Assembly (NCBI GenBank): GCA_963817915.1
Contig: CAWFQL010000016.1
Coordinates: 205,690 to 269,689, forward strand
Direction of reading: 5' to 3'
Length of the DNA: 64,000 nucleotides
DNA from: an uncultured candidate division Zixibacteria bacterium
Lineage (GTDB): Bacteria; Zixibacteria; MSB-5A5; UBA10806
The notes beneath the pieces were generated by a model. That model had not been told where the DNA came from. It searched no databases and worked only from the letters and a program-made list of their open reading frames with translations. Of the stretch, positions 18,862 through 27,765 are shown piece after piece. A program made the position numbers and the translations under genes. Within the stretch, counting starts at the first letter, position 1. Each line of letters opens with the position of its first letter.

Positions 18862-19626
18862 ATGCAAGGACATCCATCAAATATTCCAAAAACCGGGAGG
18901 CACCCGGCACATATACCCAAGGGGCCTGTAAGACCTCTATCCACCAAAAAAGAGGTTATTACCATGATACCTTTTTTTGAGAGCCTCGGTCCGGCAGAAA
19001 TAGCGAATATAGAGCCCCATTTTCACGAATATAAATTCGACCGAAACCAATATCTATTTCAGGAAGGCGACGCGGCTTCACTCCTTTATGTCATCAAGTC
19101 CGGCAGGGTCCGTTTGCTGAAGGCAGCGGCGTCGGGCAAGGAAATGGTATTCGAAGTTATGGTGCCGGGTCAGATTTGCGGCGGAGATACTTTATTCAAT
19201 GACCTGCACAGAAATGGGGCACAGGCGGTTGATTCTACTGTCACATATGGGTTATCCAGGGGCGACTACGATGAGCTATTATCGAAATATCCTAAAATCG
19301 CAATGGGCATCATCAAATTTTTGGGCGGAAAATTAATGGACGCGCACGATGTCATTATATCTTTGGTGTCATCGAAAGTGGAGAATAGAATCGCCTCGGT
19401 AATTGTCCGTCTGGCCGAGAATCACGGGACTCATACCGATAAGGGAATAATGATTAATATCCGCCTGACGCGGAGTGAAATTGCCGATATTGTCGGCGCT
19501 ACTGTTGAAACTACCATTCGCAGTATAAGCCGTTTCCAGAAAAAGGGGCTTATTTCTACTGTCGCTGGCAGATTGCTTGTCAAAGACATCGCCGCTTTCA
19601 GGGAAATGATGCAGTCCAAGAAGTAA
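18862..19626 (+). CDS. Crp/Fnr family transcriptional regulator
   Basis: cNMP-binding fold (LFQEGD, YVIKSGRV); HTH TRSEIADIVGATVETTIR; no Fnr-type Cys cluster; start uncertain. Confidence 0.92.
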   Translation: MQGHPSNIPKTGRHPAHIPKGPVRPLSTKKEVITMIPFFESLGPAEIANIEPHFHEYKFDRNQYLFQEGDAASLLYVIKSGRVRLLKAAASGKEMVFEVMVPGQICGGDTLFNDLHRNGAQAVDSTVTYGLSRGDYDELLSKYPKIAMGIIKFLGGKLMDAHDVIISLVSSKVENRIASVIVRLAENHGTHTDKGIMINIRLTRSEIADIVGATVETTIRSISRFQKKGLISTVAGRLLVKDIAAFREMMQSKK

Positions 19627-19801
19627 TTCCAATCCATATAGTAGTCAATTATTGGCATTTAAAATCATTATATTTGACAATTATCCAATAGCACATTTAT
19701 ATAGTATCGGTGTGTGATTTTGATGTCCGAAAAGGCTCAATTTTTTTTTATATTAGTCGATGATTCATTGGTAGATCAGTTTGTGAGATGAAGGAGCAAT
19801 A

Positions 19802-21796
19802 ATGAATGGTCCCCTGGACATAACGCCAGTCGGTCTTGAAAAGATAGTATTTATAATAGCGTTTATCGCGGGTCTGGCAGTATTCGCATATATAATACAA
19901 TTTTATATTCGTCTGCTCAAGTCGATGAAACCCGAAAATCGTTTCGATCAGATCGGCAAACGGTTCAAACGATTATTAGTTTTCGTATTCGGCCAGCGAA
20001 GATTGTTAGATCAATTGGCTATGGGATCGGCCCATTTTATGATATTCTGGGGATTTATTATTGTATCATTGGCGACAATTAAATTCTTCGGCAAGGGTTT
20101 TTCGTCCGGTTTTGAATTGCCATTGTTGGGGACATTATTGCGCCAACCTTTTTTATTCCTGGTTGATCTTTTTAGCATACTAGTCTTACTTGGAATTCTA
20201 ATAGCGGTCTTTAAACGATATGTCATGCGTTCGGCCAGAATGCCGCGAGGCATGGAAGCGGCGACTATTCTGCTTTTGATCGCCGGTCTGATGATTTTCG
20301 ATCTGCTATCGGATGGCTGTAATATGGCGGCGCAAGGAACATTTGAGCCGGCGTCATTTGTAGGGACTTATCTGGCAGGCGTATTTGCCGGATCGGGCAT
20401 ACCTTCTCTAACATTGAATATCTACGCTCATATATTCTGGTGGCTACATTTTGTATTTTTCATGATCATGATCAATTATGTTCCGATATCGAAACACATG
20501 CATGTTTTTTCATCATTGCCGAATGTCTTCTTTTCGAGTCTCAAGTCGAATGGCAGACTGACCAAACCAAATCTCGAAGAGTCCGAGGATTTCGGTGTTA
20601 CGAAAGTTGAACAATATAGTTGGAAACAGCTTCTAGATGGTTATTCTTGCACCGAATGCGGCCGTTGCCAGGACCAATGCCCGGCATTCAATACTCAAAA
20701 GCCTTTATCTCCCAAAAAGGTCGTCATGCAGCTTCGAGAACATGCCGAAAAGAAGGGGCCGCTTTTATTCGCAGGCAAAGGCGATGAATTCAAAGAAAGA
20801 TTCATCGAGGATGTGATTACGGAAGAAGCCATCTGGGATTGCACGACCTGCTATGCCTGCATGAGAGCCTGCCCGCTTATTATCGAACATATCCCATTGC
20901 TGATGGAATTGCGCCGTTCGCTGGTGCTCAACGAAGGCCGAATCGGCTCCGAGGGAGCGTTGGCTCTGAAGAATATCGAAAAATCCGGCGATCCCTGGGG
21001 AATGGGACAAAAGGCCCGCTCCGATTGGTATAAGGGGCTCGACGTAAAACATATCAATGACAAGCCCGATGCCGAATATCTTTTCTGGGTTGGGTGCGCC
21101 GGTGCGCTCGATGCCCGCAATGTCAAAGTCAGCCAGGCTACTGTTCGTCTGATGAACAAGGCTGGCGTATCATTCGCGATACTTGGCGAGGATGAAATCT
21201 GCAATGGCGACCCGGCCCGCAGGCTGGGTGAGGAATATCTCTTTCAGACTCAAGCGCAGGCCGTGGTTGAATTGATAAATTCCACCGGAGTCAAAAAGAT
21301 ATTCTCGAATTGCCCGCATTGCTTTAATACATTGAAAAATGAATATCCCGATTTCGGCGGCAGCTGGCAGGTTTATCATACCCATGAATTGCTTGCTCAT
21401 TTAATCGCCGATGGCAAGCTCAAGCTCTCCGGCAATCCGCTTGGCGAGATAACATTCCATGACTCCTGCTATCTTGGACGGCACAACCATCTCTATGAGC
21501 CTGCGCGCAAGATTATCGATGCGATTCCCGGCGCCAAACGGATCGAGATGGATCGTTCCAAAGAATGGTCATTCTGCTGTGGCGCGGGCGGGGGACGGAT
21601 GTTCCTCGAAGAGACCCGCGGCACACGTATCAACGAAGACCGCACTAAGGAAGCATTGGCAACCGGCGCGAAGACTATCGGGACCGCCTGCCCATTCTGC
21701 ATGACTATGCTTACCGACGGCCTCAAGACATTCGATAAAATCGATACCCATCAGGTAAAAGAGCTGACAGAACTGATCGCCGAACGGGCAGTCTAG
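19802..21796 (+). CDS. Membrane-bound Fe-S oxidoreductase (HdrD/FadF/GlpC-like, NarI-like N-terminus)
   Basis: About 5-6 TM with conserved His; CTECGRCQDQCP and CTTCYACMRACP; two CCG domains (CNG..CPHC, CCGAGGG..CPFC). Confidence 0.92.
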   Translation: MNGPLDITPVGLEKIVFIIAFIAGLAVFAYIIQFYIRLLKSMKPENRFDQIGKRFKRLLVFVFGQRRLLDQLAMGSAHFMIFWGFIIVSLATIKFFGKGFSSGFELPLLGTLLRQPFLFLVDLFSILVLLGILIAVFKRYVMRSARMPRGMEAATILLLIAGLMIFDLLSDGCNMAAQGTFEPASFVGTYLAGVFAGSGIPSLTLNIYAHIFWWLHFVFFMIMINYVPISKHMHVFSSLPNVFFSSLKSNGRLTKPNLEESEDFGVTKVEQYSWKQLLDGYSCTECGRCQDQCPAFNTQKPLSPKKVVMQLREHAEKKGPLLFAGKGDEFKERFIEDVITEEAIWDCTTCYACMRACPLIIEHIPLLMELRRSLVLNEGRIGSEGALALKNIEKSGDPWGMGQKARSDWYKGLDVKHINDKPDAEYLFWVGCAGALDARNVKVSQATVRLMNKAGVSFAILGEDEICNGDPARRLGEEYLFQTQAQAVVELINSTGVKKIFSNCPHCFNTLKNEYPDFGGSWQVYHTHELLAHLIADGKLKLSGNPLGEITFHDSCYLGRHNHLYEPARKIIDAIPGAKRIEMDRSKEWSFCCGAGGGRMFLEETRGTRINEDRTKEALATGAKTIGTACPFCMTMLTDGLKTFDKIDTHQVKELTELIAERAV

Positions 21797-21823
21797 CGAG
21801 TTATATTTATCTAGATTTCCCCT

Positions 21824-21934
21824 ATGAAAAAGCCTCGCCGACGGATACCATTGCCCAAGAAGACGGAGAAGGTCATTCCCGATAAAACCCTCTATACCCG
21901 CAGGCCAAAACATAAGAAGAAGAACGCGGTGTAG
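21824..21934 (+). CDS. 36-aa highly basic peptide, possibly ArfA-like
   Basis: MKKPRRRIPLPKKTEKVIPDKTLYTRRPKHKKKNAV; TAGATT 6 nt before the ATG; not in the ORF track. Confidence 0.55.
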   Translation: MKKPRRRIPLPKKTEKVIPDKTLYTRRPKHKKKNAV

Positions 21935-22082
21935 ATATACTCCCGGCAGGGCTTGGGATCCCTTCCTGACCCTTCCATGCTATGATGCTGTAAGGAAAGG
22001 ATTCCTGACAGCGCGATGAAATTGATCTTGCTGATTTAATTAAAAATATATTCCCAAAATTCACTTTTCCGCATTAATTACT

Positions 22083-22145
22083 GTAGGGGCCGACCTATGT
22101 GTCGGCCCGGGCAAGGCGGGCGTCCGCCGCGGCGGACGCCCCTAC
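22083..22145. repeat. GTAG-family REP doublet (two inverted REP hairpins)
   Basis: GTAG-gggccgac-ctatgt-gtcggccc and an inverted gggcgtccgccgcggcggacgccc-CTAC directly upstream of the RAYT. Confidence 0.85.
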
Positions 22146-22164
22146 CAGGAGAGAATGAATAATA

Positions 22165-22704
22165 TTGCCGCAAGACCCTTCAAAATATTTGCCTAAACGC
22201 AAACAAACTCGTTTGAGGGAATATGATTATTCGAATCCAGTCGCATATTTCATTACGATTTGCTCGCAAGGTAGGAAATGCATTTTCGGCGAAATTGCGG
22301 GCGAGAAGATGAACCTAAATCATTTGGGACAGTTGATTCAAGAATGGTGGCTTGAATTGTCCCGCAAATTCCCGGAGATTAAGACGGACGAATGCGTCAT
22401 TATGCCCAACCATTTTCATGGCATCATAATTATTGTAGGGGCCGACCTATGTGTCGGCCCGATCATGACGGGCGCACGCGCAGGTGCGCCCCTACAGAAA
22501 ATTGTTCAATGGTTCAAAACAATGACGACAAACAGTATTTTCCGCGAAATGAAGAAGGAAAAAAAGCAAATTAAATTGTGGCAACGCTGCTATTATGAGC
22601 ATGTAATCCGCAATGAAAACGAGCTAAATGCCATCAGAGAATATATCATCAATAATCCATTAAAATGGGCGCTCGATGCCGATAATCCCGCAAATTTAAT
22701 CTAA
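22165..22704 (+). mobile_element. REP-associated tyrosine transposase (RAYT, Y1 HUH, IS200-like)
   Basis: RL..YDYS...YFITIC, MPNHFHGI (HUH), WQR.YYEHVIR, EYIINNP (catalytic Tyr); flanking REPs; no TnpB. Confidence 0.93.
22435..22495. repeat. Second REP doublet, inside the RAYT coding sequence
   Basis: 22434-22461 is identical to 22082-22109 (28 bp), plus an inverted REP ending CTAC; read in frame as VGADLCVGPIMTGARAGAPL. Confidence 0.85.
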
Positions 22705-22862
22705 CTTGTCGGCTGTTGTAATTTAAACTATAATCAATTCAAATAATTCGTTTTTTCCATTTCTCCCATCCGGCGGAAACTATATATATTAACCGCATGT
22801 TGTGTTTGTTGGGGTAGGGGTGGGATATTATTATTTTGAATAATCTACAAAAGGAGAATACA

Positions 22863-23402
22863 ATGGGCCCGATAGAAAAACTCGTGGCTGAGCATGAGAT
22901 TATTTTGCGCGGGATCGATCTTCTGGAAAAAGGCGCCGACCGTTTGCAGGACGGCGAGACTGTCGCTCCCGAATATTTCAGCAAGCTTGTCGATTTTATC
23001 CGCAATTATGCCGACAAATATCATCACGCCAAAGAAGAGGATATACTTTTTCTCGAAATGAATAAGGTCGGATTTTCATCCGAGGGCGGGCCGATTGCTG
23101 TCATGCTTTACGACCATACACAGGGCAGAGATTTTGTCGCCAGAATGGAAAAGGCAAATGATCGTTATGCCAGCGGTGATAAAAATGCCATACCGATTAT
23201 CATTACCAATGCCCGTAATTACGCGACTTTATTGAAGATGCATATCCAGAAGGAGAATGTCGTCCTGTATCCGATGGCTGAAAATGCTATGGGTGTGGCG
23301 GGAATCGCAAAAATGCAACCGGCATTCGATAAGGTCGAACAGGAAAAGGCCACCACCGAAAAGAAATATTTGGCAATTTTGAATGAATTGGAATCGATGT
23401 AG
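22863..23402 (+). CDS. Hemerythrin-like (HHE cation-binding) domain protein
   Basis: EH, HHAKEEDILF, DH..GR, HIQKENVVLYP; AAGGAG RBS before ATG 22863. Confidence 0.9.
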   Translation: MGPIEKLVAEHEIILRGIDLLEKGADRLQDGETVAPEYFSKLVDFIRNYADKYHHAKEEDILFLEMNKVGFSSEGGPIAVMLYDHTQGRDFVARMEKANDRYASGDKNAIPIIITNARNYATLLKMHIQKENVVLYPMAENAMGVAGIAKMQPAFDKVEQEKATTEKKYLAILNELESM

Positions 23403-23450
23403 GATTCAGCTTGAGATTGACATTAATTCAGTAAAGCATTATTTATATTA

Positions 23451-23584
23451 CAAGTTCAGCCGGTTCGTAGACTCGACATGAAATGTCGGGGCGTGAACTT
23501 GCTGTGAGGAAGTACAAATGGCGCCAGGTCACGTCCGCGGTAGCGGATTGCAAATCCGGCTTTTGACGGACTACGACCCGGCGC
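23451..23584 (+). ncRNA. Candidate structured RNA or 5' leader upstream of the DUF6125 gene
   Basis: Begins just after TTGACA (23417) plus an AT-rich -10 region; closing stem 23459-70/23571-82, two side hairpins, apical stem with G-U pairs, alternative pairings; no known family recognised. Confidence 0.4.
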
Positions 23585-23593
23585 AACCGAGAA

Positions 23594-24085
23594 ATGATGG
23601 ATATCAAAGACACAATAATACTGGATTTTGCCAAGCTTTGGCTGGCGCATGACGGCCTCTGGTTTCAGGCAGTCGAAAATGAATATGGTCTCGAGGCCGC
23701 TATCATGCTCGATGCCATCGCCTGGAGCAAGTTTTCGCCGTTGGAAGCACAGCGGATTCTCGAACGGCTTGGCAAAAAGCCGGGCGGCGGACTTGATCTG
23801 CTGGCGGAAGCGCTAGACCAAAGGCTCTATGCCCATTTGAATAAGCAGCGGGTGGTCGAACAAACCGATGGTAAATTGATTTTCGAAATGAATAGCTGTC
23901 GAGTTCAGGATGCTCGCCATCGCAAGCAATTGGCGCCATTCCCGTGCAAGGAAGTCGGAATAGTGGAATATTCGACATTCGCCAAGGCGATTGATCCGAG
24001 AATCGAAACTCGCTGCCTGCATTGCCCGCCGGATGAGTACAATGGCGAATACTGGTGCCGGTGGGAATTTTCGATTTCCAAGTAG
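23594..24085 (+). CDS. DUF6125 family protein
   Basis: WLAHDGLWFQAVE, CRVQ.AR.RK, FPCK, ID.RI...C..CPPD, WC.WEF. Confidence 0.85.
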   Translation: MMDIKDTIILDFAKLWLAHDGLWFQAVENEYGLEAAIMLDAIAWSKFSPLEAQRILERLGKKPGGGLDLLAEALDQRLYAHLNKQRVVEQTDGKLIFEMNSCRVQDARHRKQLAPFPCKEVGIVEYSTFAKAIDPRIETRCLHCPPDEYNGEYWCRWEFSISK

Positions 24086-24315
24086 GAATTTCATCCATAA
24101 AATATCATATTACTATCCTATTATTTTAATGTTAAATCTTTCTTGACAAGCCAATATATTAAGTTTTACTTGCCGAAAAATACGCAGAGTTCGGAGATAT
24201 TTTCTCGAACATATTAGCGAATTTTTCTTTGGCAAGTTAAGAAGTGGCATCAAGAGACCGATTCTAAGAAAAATGGATATAAGTCGTATTATTCAAAAGA
24301 TATGGAGGAACAGGG

Positions 24316-24498
24316 TTGGCTTACAAAATTACTGAGGAATGCATCATGTGCGATGCCTGTCTGCCCGAATGCCCTCAAGAGGCAATAACGTTAGGCAATC
24401 CCAAATACAAGGTCAATGTCGAGCTCTGCGATGACTGCGGAAGTTGCGCCGAGGTTTGCCCTATCGAAGCTTGTCTCCCTATAGATGATGACGATTAA
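24316..24498 (+). CDS. 2x[4Fe-4S] ferredoxin
   Basis: CIMCDACLPECP and CDDCGSCAEVCP; GGAGG RBS, TTG start. Confidence 0.93.
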   Translation: MAYKITEECIMCDACLPECPQEAITLGNPKYKVNVELCDDCGSCAEVCPIEACLPIDDDD

Positions 24499-24531
24499 CG
24501 CCTGAAACTGGCATCTCAGCATATAGAAAAT

Positions 24532-24570
24532 AATACCGGAGGACACTTGAGTTCTTCGGTATTTATTTAT
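24532..24570 (+). terminator. Intrinsic terminator after the ferredoxin gene
   Basis: aataccggaggac / gttcttcggtatt stem with a T-rich tail. Confidence 0.6.
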
Positions 24571-24652
24571 AATATACACTGATGATAGAAATTAATAATG
24601 TTCGTAATCTGATTGTTGATATTTGGGCCGCGAAATCGAGCGATAAAGTAAA

Positions 24653-26527
24653 ATGATTGTTGCCGGTTTTTCTTCTATCCTTAAATCATACCAGGGAAAA
24701 GTGATTCTCAGGGGCGCGTCAGGCGCGGTGAAAGAGGGCGAACGAATCGCGCTTTTGGGAGTCAATGGCAGTGGCAAGACAACCCTGCTCGATATCCTGG
24801 CAGGCCTTATAGATTGTGATTCGGGTAGTGTCGATATCCCCAACGCGGTTAGAAAAGGCTATCTCCCGCAGACTATCGAAATCACAAGCGGCGGGCCATT
24901 GTTCAATTATGTCCTCGAAGGATTGGGGGATTTAATTTCAATGCATAGTAGGCTGGACGAGTTGCACAACCTTCTCGAAGTACGGCATGATGAACCGTTA
25001 TTGCTGAAAGAGCTTGGGAATCTTCAGGATAAATTCGATAAGGCGGGCGGGTATGACATGGAAACCAAGGCGCATGAGGTGCTGAATGGCCTTGGATTCG
25101 ATCCGGAAGACCATCAGATGGATATCCGTACGCTATCTGGGGGCCAGCGCAACAGGGCCGCGTTGGCAAGAACTCTGATAGGCAAACCGGACTTATTGCT
25201 TTTGGATGAGCCGACCAACCACCTCGATATATCCGGATTAGAATTTTTGGAAAATCATTTAAATTCGTTTCGCGGCGGAGTCATTTTTGTCTCACACGAT
25301 AGAGCGTTTATTCATAAAGCCGCCACCACGATTTGGGAAATGGTCGCCGGTAGAATAATTTCTTATCCTGGCACTTACGAAAATTATCTGACAGAACGAG
25401 AAAAACGTCTGGAATCGATGCATAAAGCATTCGAGTCTCAAAAAGAATTCATAGAAAAAACCGAAGATTTCATCCGGCGGAATATCGCCGGCCAGAAAAC
25501 CAAACAAGCCCAATCGCGCCGTCAGATGCTGAAAAAAATCGAACGACTCGAAAGACCCGGCGGCACAGATGAGATCAATGGTATCCGTTTCGCTGGCGCC
25601 GAGCGAAGCGCGCGGATTGTCATCAAATGCAAGCAAACGGATTTCTCCTATGATGGAACTCCATTTCTAAAAAATCTCGATTTCGAAATCGAGCGCGGTG
25701 ACAGAATCGGATTAGTCGGCCCCAATGGAAGCGGCAAGACGACAATTATCAGACTTATCATGGGGCAATTGGAACCGACCATTGGGCAAGTATATCTTGG
25801 GAAAAAACTGACCACGGGATATTACGATCAGTTGGCCGAAAATCTAAAACAGGATTCAACCCCCCTCGCCACAATTTACGATATCAAGCGCGAATGGAAC
25901 GAAGGGCAGGTTCGAGGATATCTTGCGAAATTTCTCTTCAGAGGCGATGACGTATTTCGTCGAATAGATTCATTCTCAGGCGGCGAACAATCCCGTCTGG
26001 CGCTGGCAAAATTGATAGTCGGTGAGCCAAATTTTCTGGTACTCGATGAGCCGACCAATCATCTCGATATCCAGTCGCGTGAGGCATTGGAAGAAGCCTT
26101 ATCGACATACAGCGGTACCGTGCTCTGCGTATCGCATGATAGATATTTCCTCGATGTTTTCGCCGACAAAATATTTGCATTGGAAAATGACGAGGTGAAA
26201 ATATATCTCGGCAACTACTCGGAATACCGGGAAAAATATCTCCAGTTAAACCAGCAGCCAGCACCCACTGTTCGGAGGATCAAATCAACCCCACTGCCTC
26301 CTCCTCGAAAAAAAGATAAGCGAACTAACCCACAGGTAATCGAAAAACTCGAAAGCGATATTTCGCGTATCGAAATCAATCTCAATGAAATAGAAAATAC
26401 TCTGGCCAATACCGAAAATTCATCCGACTGGCAGAAGCTTTCCAGCCTCCTCAACGAGCGAGACAGGCTTTATGCCGAGTTGGAAGAGCTTTATCAAAAG
26501 CGGCAGGATATCGATTTGCCTCAATAA
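24653..26527 (+). CDS. ABC-F family ATPase (ribosome-associated) with C-terminal coiled coil
   Basis: Two NBDs (GVNGSGKT/LSGGQ/LDEPTNHLD; GPNGSGKT/FSGGE/LDEPTNHLD); linker KTKQAQSR; no TM. Confidence 0.95.
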   Translation: MIVAGFSSILKSYQGKVILRGASGAVKEGERIALLGVNGSGKTTLLDILAGLIDCDSGSVDIPNAVRKGYLPQTIEITSGGPLFNYVLEGLGDLISMHSRLDELHNLLEVRHDEPLLLKELGNLQDKFDKAGGYDMETKAHEVLNGLGFDPEDHQMDIRTLSGGQRNRAALARTLIGKPDLLLLDEPTNHLDISGLEFLENHLNSFRGGVIFVSHDRAFIHKAATTIWEMVAGRIISYPGTYENYLTEREKRLESMHKAFESQKEFIEKTEDFIRRNIAGQKTKQAQSRRQMLKKIERLERPGGTDEINGIRFAGAERSARIVIKCKQTDFSYDGTPFLKNLDFEIERGDRIGLVGPNGSGKTTIIRLIMGQLEPTIGQVYLGKKLTTGYYDQLAENLKQDSTPLATIYDIKREWNEGQVRGYLAKFLFRGDDVFRRIDSFSGGEQSRLALAKLIVGEPNFLVLDEPTNHLDIQSREALEEALSTYSGTVLCVSHDRYFLDVFADKIFALENDEVKIYLGNYSEYREKYLQLNQQPAPTVRRIKSTPLPPPRKKDKRTNPQVIEKLESDISRIEINLNEIENTLANTENSSDWQKLSSLLNERDRLYAELEELYQKRQDIDLPQ

Positions 26528-26622
26528 AATTAAGCAAATTCAATATCTATAGTTTATTTTCAGGCCCGAATTTATTATATAGTCCTTGTTGACAACATGT
26601 CTTTCGGAGAAATGGAGATATT

Positions 26623-27726
26623 ATGCTTGACCCTCGAATTGAAAAATATGCAGACGTCCTTTTGAATTACTGCATAAAATTGAAAAAAGGAGAAATAGCG
26701 ATTTTGGCCGCTACTCCTCTGGCGACTGATTTGGTGAAGGAGCTATTCAGGCAATCGCTTCTAATAGGAGCGTATCCTACCACGAGGATAGTCCTGGAAG
26801 GTATCGACGAAATATTCTTTAAGAATGCCTCAAAAGAGCAATTGGAATTTGTGTCGCCTATAAGAAAATTCGAAATAGAAAAAGTTGATGCTTTGGTTTC
26901 TATTATGTCGAGCTACAATACGAAAGCCCTTTCAAATATCGATCCCAAAAAACAAGCCCTGAACCAAAAATCAAATTCCGGTATTATGAGAAGACTGATG
27001 GAGAGAACCGCCAAGGAAGAATGCACCTGGGTTGGATGTCTTTATCCAACATTCGCGTCGGCACAGGATGCCGGGATGTCACTTGTCGATTACGAGAATT
27101 TTGTTTTCGGCGCCTGCATGCTTGATAAAAAAGACCCGGTCGCGGAATGGCGTAAGGTCTCTAAATATAATTCCAGCTTGATAAAATATCTTTCCCGCAA
27201 AAAGAGTATCCGAGTTGTCGCACCCGATACTGATCTGACTTACAAGGTAACCGGCCGCAAATGGTTGAATTGCGATGGCTCTAATAATTTCCCGGATGGA
27301 GAGGTATTTACGGGACCATTAGAGGATTCCGCCAACGGTCATATAAGATTCTCGTTCCCTGCAATCTACGCCGGGAGAGAAGTCGAAGATGTGCGGATCG
27401 AATTTAAGGATGGAAAAGCGATAAAGGCCACTGCGGTCAAGGGCGAGAAATTTCTCAATACTATGCTCGACATGGATAAGGGAGCGCGGTATCTGGGCGA
27501 AGTTGCTATCGGTACCAATCATGGTATCCAGAAATTCACCAGGAATATACTTTTCGATGAAAAAATCGGCGGCACAGTCCATATGGCATTGGGACAATCA
27601 TACCCCGAAAGCGGCGGCAAAAATAAATCAGGGCTTCATTGGGACTTGTTATGCGATTTACGCAAATCCGGCGAGTTATATGCCGATGGCGAACTGTTTT
27701 TCAAAAATGGAAAATTTCTGAAATAA
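26623..27726 (+). CDS. Aminopeptidase, M29 family (AmpS/AmpT-like)
   Basis: NFPDGEVFT, LGEVAIG, LFDEKIGGTVHMALG, S.LHWD. Confidence 0.94.
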   Translation: MLDPRIEKYADVLLNYCIKLKKGEIAILAATPLATDLVKELFRQSLLIGAYPTTRIVLEGIDEIFFKNASKEQLEFVSPIRKFEIEKVDALVSIMSSYNTKALSNIDPKKQALNQKSNSGIMRRLMERTAKEECTWVGCLYPTFASAQDAGMSLVDYENFVFGACMLDKKDPVAEWRKVSKYNSSLIKYLSRKKSIRVVAPDTDLTYKVTGRKWLNCDGSNNFPDGEVFTGPLEDSANGHIRFSFPAIYAGREVEDVRIEFKDGKAIKATAVKGEKFLNTMLDMDKGARYLGEVAIGTNHGIQKFTRNILFDEKIGGTVHMALGQSYPESGGKNKSGLHWDLLCDLRKSGELYADGELFFKNGKFLK

Positions 27727-27765
27727 TTATAAATATTCGTCTAAGCTGATTTGCCATTGCGCATC

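Noticed and set aside
18780-19800. Crp/Fnr binding boxes around the regulator
   Set aside because: Only half-sites (TGTGA) without a matching partner at the right spacing.
22083-22495. CRISPR-like direct repeats
   Set aside because: Only two copies 352 bp apart, with GTAG-hairpin REP form and no cas genes.
22165-22704. IS200/IS605 element with TnpB
   Set aside because: No tnpB or IS ends; motifs and REPs fit a RAYT.
23451-23584. 6S RNA, SRP RNA or a known riboswitch
   Set aside because: Shorter than typical 6S and not in zapA/rny context; no SRP helix-8 motif; no recognised riboswitch consensus.
23520-23588. tRNA-Cys(GCA) gene
   Set aside because: Anticodon-arm match only; too short, no GTTCRA T-loop, no proper D-arm or CCA.
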